DNA of 64,000 nt from a bacterium. GTDB lineage: Bacteria; Verrucomicrobiota; Verrucomicrobiia; Chthoniobacterales; UBA6821. Shown one piece after another: positions 57,678 to 64,000 of the stretch. Under the pieces are notes generated by a model, which searched no databases, was not told where the DNA came from, and saw only the letters and a program-made list of their open reading frames with translations. How positions within the stretch are numbered: the stretch's first letter is position 1; every line of letters begins with the position of its first letter. Both the position numbers and the translations under genes were made by a program. The stretch is taken from positions 45,606 through 109,605 of the forward strand of contig JBAXTN010000004.1 in NCBI GenBank assembly GCA_037130175.1, read 5' to 3'.

Positions 57678-59251
57678 GGCTTGGCAGGGATCATACCATA
57701 TCCACCCGAGGCTTCCCGAAGAGTCCGTAGAAGCTCCTTTTTTGCCGAGATTTCATCGGGACAATCCCACAGGGCAACCTCCACCATTCGCTGCCCCTGA
57801 TTCCGACGGGCGGTCAGCAGGGATCTCAGCCTGCCACTTGGAGAGTCCTCAGGGGCATCAGGGTTTTTTCCTGCCTCAGCGCCATTTTCAATTAGTGCTT
57901 GAAAGACATAAACCGACCGACCGTGTTCCTCAAAGACCCATGACTTAAAGGGGATCTTTCCGGAACCAAGATCACATGTCAGGGGAGCGAGGCTGGATAG
58001 TAAATGCATCCCGACACTCGACAGACAAGCCTCCGGATTGTGCATGGCTACTGCTTGAACCGCCGTGCGGCCGGCAGGCCATTCAAAGAAAAACATCTGC
58101 CCTCTTTTCCCCTCTGGAGTGATCCATTTTTCCGAAAATCCCGTGGGGTAAAACAGCAGCCGAAGGGTGCTTGGCGAGAGTGGAACACCTGTCACACCCT
58201 GCACCCCCTCACGACGTCTAAGACTCCAGTCCCATCGTCCTCGATCGCCCTGTTCATGCGATACAAACCAGATCTCCGTGAGGACCAGCGAGCTTGAGAG
58301 AATAAGAGCGACCGCCGCGAGACACCATCCCGACCCCTTATCTTCTGCCTTAGTCGCTGGTTTTCGAGGGGCAGATTGCTCCTGCGCTAACGGATTTCGC
58401 ACCTTTCTTCTCCAGAAGTAGGCACATCCAAAAATTGTTCCGAAGGTGATCAGAAAAACCAAGATCCCGGCACGGTCATGCCATGCGGACACCGCTCCAA
58501 GTCCTTGCGATGAGGCAATAAGGGCAAGGAGTGCATTGCGAGCGACATTGCCCGCCACCGCAGCGAGGATCGCGACAATCACCAGGAGAACCCTGCGACT
58601 CGGGATAAGGCGAAACATCTCTCCCATGAAGAGCGCCGCCATCAGACCGCTTTGTAACGATCTGATGCCACTGCAAGCCTCCTCGATATCAAGTACGCCC
58701 GAGGGTAGCACGATCAGGTTTCCCTGACGCATGGCATCATAGCCTGCCCAGTGGAGGATCTCCAATGTCGTCGATGCATTCCATCTCATGAGACGGAACA
58801 TGACGAACTGCTCGAGATTCCGTGTCCACGGGACAGCGATCAGAAAGAAGCAGATTGGAAATGCAAAATACCTCATCCAAGCAACGCCTCCGTCCCATGC
58901 CACGACCGCAAGCGTGATCGTCACGGCAGCACAGGAGGCGATAAGCCCCAAGGGTCGCCAATCGGGGTTTGCCACGGACATCGGAATGGTCAACGCCAAC
59001 AAGAGTCCAGCGAGGCAGAACAGCACCGCCGCAATACGTTTTTCCCCTGGATGCAGAGTGGAACGCACCGGCTTCTCTTCCCAGCGTTTCAACAAAAGCC
59101 CGATCACCAGCAGCGGCACAAGGACACCGTAACTGTATTGAGGGTCTAATCTCCAGTCGGTCCAGAGTATCCTCAGTGTCGCACACCAAGTCAGCCCTAG
59201 GACAAGCAGTGGCAACAACCACTTTGGGAGAAATAATCGGTCAATCGGCAT
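57674..59251 (-). CDS. Exosortase (EpsH-type) fused to a C-terminal EpsI-like domain
   Basis: 525 aa. A polytopic N-terminal ~300 aa carries the exosortase signature DIEEACSGIRSL (Cys), GNVARNALL (Arg) and SAWHDRAGILVF (His). The C-terminal ~200 aa carries the EpsI-type HNPEACL motif. Confidence 0.9.
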   Translation of the reverse strand: MPIDRLFLPKWLLPLLVLGLTWCATLRILWTDWRLDPQYSYGVLVPLLVIGLLLKRWEEKPVRSTLHPGEKRIAAVLFCLAGLLLALTIPMSVANPDWRPLGLIASCAAVTITLAVVAWDGGVAWMRYFAFPICFFLIAVPWTRNLEQFVMFRLMRWNASTTLEILHWAGYDAMRQGNLIVLPSGVLDIEEACSGIRSLQSGLMAALFMGEMFRLIPSRRVLLVIVAILAAVAGNVARNALLALIASSQGLGAVSAWHDRAGILVFLITFGTIFGCAYFWRRKVRNPLAQEQSAPRKPATKAEDKGSGWCLAAVALILSSSLVLTEIWFVSHEQGDRGRWDWSLRRREGVQGVTGVPLSPSTLRLLFYPTGFSEKWITPEGKRGQMFFFEWPAGRTAVQAVAMHNPEACLSSVGMHLLSSLAPLTCDLGSGKIPFKSWVFEEHGRSVYVFQALIENGAEAGKNPDAPEDSPSGRLRSLLTARRNQGQRMVEVALWDCPDEISAKKELLRTLREASGGYGMIPAKP

Positions 59252-59387
59252 GGGATCAGAAACAACTTATCACGAAGGGCATCAATGGTGAAAAATTTGT
59301 GGATCGGTTGAATCGGATGAATAACCCGTTCTTCAGTCATTGCTCCCCCTACTCCCTCACATGTCAGTTAACCGCTCGTTCAGCCCC

Positions 59388-60914
59388 TCACCGTCCTTTG
59401 CCAAAGGTCATCACATGGAGGGTTTTAAGCAGCACCTCGGCATCAAGTCGGAGCGAGAAGTTCCTGATGTAGAAGAGATCATACGAGAGTTTCTGTAGCG
59501 TGTCGTCGAGTGATGCTCCATAGGGGTAATTCACCTGCGCCCATCCCGTGATTCCCGGTCTTACGAGATGACGGAAATGGTAGTTGGGGATTTGAGCTTC
59601 ATATTCCTCCACAAGCTTAGTCCATTCGGCCCTCGGTCCGATAAGGCTCATGTCTCCCTTAAGCACATTCCAGAGTTGGGGTAGCTCATCAAGGCGGACC
59701 TTGCGCAGAAAAACCCCAAGAGGGGTCACCCGGGCGTCACCCTCCCGCGTATACGAGTCACCCTGATCGCTCCCTAATTTCATGGAACGAAACTTATACA
59801 TGGAAAATGGCTTTTGATTAATCCCCACTCTCTTCTGTGAGTAAATAATTGGAGATCCATCCTTGATCCAGATAAGCAATGCAACGAGGAGCATCACGGG
59901 CGATAGGAGAATCAACGCGATCAGCGAAACGACCACATCCACGATGCGCTTAAGGGCAGAATAAATCGAGTTTTTAACCAAAACGAAATTTGCTTCAAAC
60001 GGCCACCCCGAGCCGACGATTTCGAGAGAAAGCCTGGACCAGAAGGTTTCGTAAAACGAGTCCATGGAGTAGACAGGCGTTTCCTCAAAATGAATCACTC
60101 CGAGCTGCATCATGATGGCTGGATCGATCTTGGAAAACCGTGATGCAATGACAATACCCTCGTAGTTGGCCGTGTAGCTTCGATTAAGCAAAGAGAGCAT
60201 CTTGCTGAGCGGATAACGCACAATCGGCGATCCTTCACCAGCAATGGGCTTGCCGAGCATGGAGGATCCTGCGGCAAAGCATCGCAGAATCTGATGCTGC
60301 CCGCTGCGAACGTATTCGGCATAAAACTGCGGCCCGTACAGCTCATCCACAATTGCTAGGATTTTCCCCCGCGAACGATATCGACAGTTTTTAAACCAGA
60401 AGACTCTCCTGCCAATAAGTGATATAATCGCAAATAGTAGGATCGATACTGAAAAAATAGCACGACTGGATCCCACCTCACTGCCAAACGAAGCTACTGC
60501 ATACTGGAAAAAAGCGGCTAAAGGGTAGGCCACCATACAGGCTATCAAGTGCTCGCTGGAGTAGCGTAAACACGCAAAATCGGTGTGTATTTTATAACCA
60601 CCAATCAGGGCGATCGAAAACATCAGTATCCCTATTGGAATGATTACTGAACCAACTGTGATGGCATTGTAGGAACCCGTGAGAGTAGATATTCCAAAAT
60701 AGAGTCCAAGCCAAAGGAGTAAATCGAGGACCAACGATGATAAGGCAAAGAGTGTTGCCGCCCCCCTTCCCCGGGAGCGAAACCGCTTTGCGGTTACAGA
60801 CTTAGATCTAGCAACAAGCTCCGCACGCGCTGCGGAACTACTTTCGGGACGCGGCGCAGTCCTTTTAGAGGTACGCGCTACAGTGCTGCTTACAGCGTAG
60901 CTATCGATATTCAT
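59388..60914 (-). CDS. Polyprenyl-phosphate glycosyl-1-phosphate transferase (WbaP/EpsB-type priming sugar transferase)
   Basis: 508 aa. N-terminal TM block, C-terminal bacterial sugar transferase domain (KRVGINQKPFSMYKFRSM..DELPQLWNVLKGDMSLIGPRAE..GITGWAQV). Confidence 0.9.
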   Translation of the reverse strand: MNIDSYAVSSTVARTSKRTAPRPESSSAARAELVARSKSVTAKRFRSRGRGAATLFALSSLVLDLLLWLGLYFGISTLTGSYNAITVGSVIIPIGILMFSIALIGGYKIHTDFACLRYSSEHLIACMVAYPLAAFFQYAVASFGSEVGSSRAIFSVSILLFAIISLIGRRVFWFKNCRYRSRGKILAIVDELYGPQFYAEYVRSGQHQILRCFAAGSSMLGKPIAGEGSPIVRYPLSKMLSLLNRSYTANYEGIVIASRFSKIDPAIMMQLGVIHFEETPVYSMDSFYETFWSRLSLEIVGSGWPFEANFVLVKNSIYSALKRIVDVVVSLIALILLSPVMLLVALLIWIKDGSPIIYSQKRVGINQKPFSMYKFRSMKLGSDQGDSYTREGDARVTPLGVFLRKVRLDELPQLWNVLKGDMSLIGPRAEWTKLVEEYEAQIPNYHFRHLVRPGITGWAQVNYPYGASLDDTLQKLSYDLFYIRNFSLRLDAEVLLKTLHVMTFGKGR

Positions 60915-60985
60915 GATCTGGGGTGGAGGGGTGAATCTTCATGTTTATTTGAATAATCGAAGCTACTGTGCCCACAGATAAATAA

Positions 60986-62176
60986 TTACGCAAGCATTTC
61001 TGAAACTGTTTTTAGAAAAAGTTCCGTTGCGTTCTGAGAACGTACCGAGTCCCGCGCTCGCAATCCTTCATCCCGTCCCCTTTCGCAAGAACCTCTATAA
61101 GCCTGAATTACAGAAACCATCCTTTGACTCTCCCCTGGAAGTGTTACCTCCCCTATACCTAGTTCTAAAATGACCTGCGCTATTTCTGACTCCAGCGACC
61201 CCACAAACAGACATGGTCTCGCGGATGCCATCACTCCATAGAACTTACTCGGCACGACCAAGCCCTCCATCCGTGGACGCATCGTGACAAGATGAAGATC
61301 TGCAGCAGCAAGACTCTCTCCCAGCACTGCAGATGACTGACCTGGCAGGAATTTCACATTCTGGAGGTTCCTCTGCGCCACCTCCTCCTTGAGCCAAGCC
61401 TCTCTTGGCCCGTTACCAACAAAAAGGAATGTGATTCCAGTCACACCCAGGTCCTGAAGCTTAACGGCCGCATCCAATACAGTCTCAAATTCGTGCGCCC
61501 TTCCCATATTGCCAGAGTATTCGATGATAAAATCGTCACCAAGTCCGTTGCGATCACGGAAGCCTCGATCCTCTCTTGGGACGACGGCAATCTCCTGCTC
61601 CACTCCCGTATTGGGAATGACCCGGATCTGATCATCCCTTAACCCCCTTTTCAGCAGTCGCTTCCTCATACAACGACCCAACGCGACCGTACGATCGTGG
61701 GCACGCATGGTGCTCGAAGAGAGAAAAGTCAGCACTCTGGCCGCCAATCCACCTTTGGGGAAAACTCCCAACTCCTCCGCCACCTCGGGATAGAGATCCT
61801 GCGCCCAGTGAACGAGCCTCGACCCTTTGAATAATCTGATCAGCGGCCCAATCACGAGCAGCATCGGTGGGTCGGTCATCGTCACCACCACATCGGCACG
61901 GGGCAGGAACAGCGATTTGAAAAAAAACGACGGGATCATCAGCGCATATCCAAAAGCCCGCAGGAGTAGGTTTTTTTTAGAGAAAGCCCCGCCAATCCTG
62001 TGAATGGCCACCCCATCCTTGAAGCTTAATCCGGCTGAGGACCGGCCTCCGGCAGTGACAAGCACGGAAACCGTCCACCCCTTGGCGACCAATCCCCGGC
62101 AGAGATACTCCAGCACTCGACCAGTCGCCCCCTCGTCTGGAGGATAAACCCTATTGATAAAGAGAATCGAAGGCAT
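60986..62176 (-). CDS. Glycosyltransferase family 4 (GT-B, group 1)
   Basis: 396 aa. N-terminal FINRVYPPDEGATG and a C-terminal E-x7-E-type region (ADLHLVTMRPRMEGLVVPSKFYGVMASARP). Confidence 0.82.
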   Translation of the reverse strand: MPSILFINRVYPPDEGATGRVLEYLCRGLVAKGWTVSVLVTAGGRSSAGLSFKDGVAIHRIGGAFSKKNLLLRAFGYALMIPSFFFKSLFLPRADVVVTMTDPPMLLVIGPLIRLFKGSRLVHWAQDLYPEVAEELGVFPKGGLAARVLTFLSSSTMRAHDRTVALGRCMRKRLLKRGLRDDQIRVIPNTGVEQEIAVVPREDRGFRDRNGLGDDFIIEYSGNMGRAHEFETVLDAAVKLQDLGVTGITFLFVGNGPREAWLKEEVAQRNLQNVKFLPGQSSAVLGESLAAADLHLVTMRPRMEGLVVPSKFYGVMASARPCLFVGSLESEIAQVILELGIGEVTLPGESQRMVSVIQAYRGSCERGRDEGLRARDSVRSQNATELFLKTVSEMLA

Positions 62177-62218
62177 CTGGGGTGAAAATGAACGGAAGGA
62201 TAAAACTGGAAGCCTTCC

Positions 62219-62809
62219 TTACGGGATGCGGAGCATCGGCGAGACTCCATAGATGAGCCAATATTCAATCGTCTTCAAGAACTCGATCATGGCAAACCGA
62301 TTCACATCTCCCTGACCTTCCTTGGCGCCCCACCAAGTGATGGAGGCGCCGACGATCCCGAATTTGACCTCGGGGATCACCTTTTGGAAAGTGGCCAAGG
62401 CTCGCCTTGTGTGAAACGGCGAGGTAACGATGAGAGCATTCTTAATCTGGGCACGATCTAGCAGGGGCTTCAATAAGCTGGCATTCTGATAGGTTGTCGT
62501 CGCGTTACGCTCCACGATGATCGCTGATGGCGGAACCCCCGCCTCCAGAAGCGAGCGCCTGTTGGCTTCCGAATCCCCTACGCCCGTCACAAAGATGATC
62601 GGCGCCACGCCGACCTTGAAAAGACGGGCTGCTTCCAGAGGTCTCGCCTGCGGCTCCCCTCCAAGCACGATGATGGCATCGGCCTTTTCTAGAGGAACCG
62701 AAACCACAAGAAGGTGATGCCAGAACCGAGAGAAGGCATTACCCTCAATCACAAAAAATGCACAGGCTATGAAGCCTAGCACCAGCAAGAGAGGAATTCT
62801 CTTCAACAC
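62219..62809 (-). CDS. DUF218 (YdcF/SanA/ElyC-like) protein
   Basis: Start placed at GTG 62809 (GTGTTGA overlap with the upstream stop) rather than the ORF-track ATG at 62962, which lies inside the acetyltransferase gene. One TM helix, then DAIIVLGG..IIFVTG and LIVTSPFHTRRA. Confidence 0.62.
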   Translation of the reverse strand: MLKRIPLLLVLGFIACAFFVIEGNAFSRFWHHLLVVSVPLEKADAIIVLGGEPQARPLEAARLFKVGVAPIIFVTGVGDSEANRRSLLEAGVPPSAIIVERNATTTYQNASLLKPLLDRAQIKNALIVTSPFHTRRALATFQKVIPEVKFGIVGASITWWGAKEGQGDVNRFAMIEFLKTIEYWLIYGVSPMLRIP

Positions 62810-63348
62810 GGCTTTGAGGAACCACTCCTTGGCACCGCAGGGTTGCCGATCAGTACCTGACCCGGACCCGAGCTTGCCAGCACCACGGCACCCGCGCAGC
62901 ACATGGAGCCCGACCGTAGGGTGACCCCGGGACCGACGAAGACATTGGCCGCCACCCAACATCCCTCTTCGATCACGATGGGCTTGGTCACCAGGTCAAA
63001 TGATTCGGAGTGAAAACGATGGGATCCCGTGCAGAGAAATGCCCGCTGAGAAATACAGACATGGGATCCAATGGTCACGGGCGCGAGACTTAGAATCATC
63101 ACCTCATCACCTATCCAGATATGATCGCCGAGAGAAAGCCTCCAGGGAAAAGAGATGTTCACTCGCGAACGGATGACAACCCCCTCACCTATCTTGGCCC
63201 CAAAGAGACGCAAAGCTGCCACTTTCAGACCAGAGGGAATAGGAAACCACGGGGCAAAGAGAAGTGACCTGACAAACCACCAGAGGATTTCCAGCGCTGG
63301 CGATGCGCCCCGAATAAAATTGGAATTGTTAAAAGAATCTAGTCTCAC
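62803..63348 (-). CDS. Hexapeptide-repeat O-acetyltransferase (WcaF-like)
   Basis: 181 aa. The N-terminus (FIRGASPALEILWWFVRSLLF..P..LKVAALRLFGAKIG) and left-handed beta-helix repeats (IGDEVMI..VTIGSHVCIS..GPGVTLRSGS) resemble colanic-acid WcaF-type enzymes. Confidence 0.82.
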   Translation of the reverse strand: MRLDSFNNSNFIRGASPALEILWWFVRSLLFAPWFPIPSGLKVAALRLFGAKIGEGVVIRSRVNISFPWRLSLGDHIWIGDEVMILSLAPVTIGSHVCISQRAFLCTGSHRFHSESFDLVTKPIVIEEGCWVAANVFVGPGVTLRSGSMCCAGAVVLASSGPGQVLIGNPAVPRSGSSKPC

Positions 63349-63457
63349 GGGTTGGAATGGCTCCTATCATTAGCATGAACTAAACGGCTCCAAATTCAGT
63401 CTACGCAAAGGGATTTATATTACTTTTTCTGAAGCCGTTCATCAAAAATGGATTGGA

Positions 63458-64000
63458 TTACAAAGATAAGTATTTATCAATATTCAAGGCTTTAAACCCT
63501 TCGTGTAGAATTAACGATGCGACAATTGCCGCAATACACGATAGAAGAAAATTCGCCAGATCATGTATTCCGGACTTTTGTAAAAGAATGGAACAAACAG
63601 GGAGCAGGATTGGCGTGTGCCAAAGATACACTGCACCGGCACTGAACGAACTCATGAATTTCCCAGCAATTGTCAAAGACTTGCAAGCCTTGATGCCTTG
63701 ATAGAGCCATACCGGCAAAAAAATAAACATCAAGAACACCTCATGAAAATAGAAAACAATCAATAGACCAGCGCAGGTTCCAAGAAGCAGAATTGCGTGC
63801 GTGGAGCGCATCCCCTTTTCCTCCCCAGCGAGCATCATTCCGAGGGTGTATGAGGTAAAATAGAGCCCGAGGCACTCAGGGTTGCCACCGTGCACTTCCA
63901 AATGCCCGACCATCACAAACTGTAGGATCACGCATGCAAGAGCGATGTAAAAAATATAATTTATTGCTATGCCTTTTTTCAGGAGGAATACCGCAAACGA
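63458..64000 (-). CDS. Acyltransferase-3 family membrane protein, C-terminal part (5' end outside window)
   Basis: The reading frame stays open from 63931 to the window end. Hydrophobic helices and the AVYLWHTPIL-type motif are typical of OafA/acyltransferase_3 C-terminal halves. Confidence 0.55.
   Translation of the reverse strand, partial: SFAVFLLKKGIAINYIFYIALACVILQFVMVGHLEVHGGNPECLGLYFTSYTLGMMLAGEEKGMRSTHAILLLGTCAGLLIVFYFHEVFLMFIFLPVWLYQGIKACKSLTIAGKFMSSFSAGAVYLWHTPILLPVCSILLQKSGIHDLANFLLSCIAAIVASLILHEGFKALNIDKYLSL

Noticed and set aside
61920-61978. A8/T8 homopolymers in EPS-locus genes as phase-variation sites (61920..61927 and 61971..61978 in GT4, 47399..47406 in the PEP-CTERM gene)
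   Set aside because: Equivalent A8 runs from Lys/Phe codons also occur in housekeeping genes (thiE at 6724..6731, glk at 41826..41833), so they are not specific to the locus.
62810-62962. N-terminal extension of the DUF218 ORF from the ATG at 62962
   Set aside because: It overlaps the acetyltransferase coding region by 160 nt. A GTG start at 62809 forms a typical GTGTTGA stop/start junction and begins right before the TM helix.

Overview
The window reads as a chromosomal segment from a Gram-negative bacterium. Protein style and gene content suggest the PVC/Verrucomicrobiota group, but that is inference only and no search was run. Coding density is high, with about 60 genes.

The first ~45 kb is mostly housekeeping:
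- a GspK-like secretion gene fragment
- nadB-panC-secG and accBC
- thiE and an lptD-like gene
- a complete pstSCAB-phoU operon
- parB
- a membrane desaturase with a tandem aldolase and an FAD-oxidoreductase/DUF1365 lipid-modification pair
- tRNA-Asn
- rhodanese-SufE, rpmB and rph
- a full F1Fo ATP synthase operon (atpBEFHAGDC)
- serA, glk, apbC/mrp and rpoN

The last ~18 kb (45.7-64 kb) is the most interesting part. It is an exosortase/PEP-CTERM exopolysaccharide locus and it runs off the right edge of the window. It contains:
- an exosortase fused to an EpsI-like domain, translationally coupled to a membrane-anchored TPR protein
- a cognate PEP-CTERM substrate gene
- an O-antigen-ligase-like polymerase, an outer-membrane beta-barrel, a Wza-type exporter and a Wzz/BY-tyrosine kinase
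- a priming sugar transferase, a GT4, a DUF218 protein and two acyl/acetyltransferases

rpoN and a soluble Cys-rich histidine kinase flank this locus.

The second notable item is a 282-bp non-coding element upstream of serA. It is bounded by 22-bp inverted repeats, and the repeat motif recurs at two other intergenic sites in the window. It could be a MITE or a structured RNA.

No CRISPR array, prophage, integrase, rRNA or recognisable defence system was seen. All functional calls rest on motif recognition by eye from the supplied translations.
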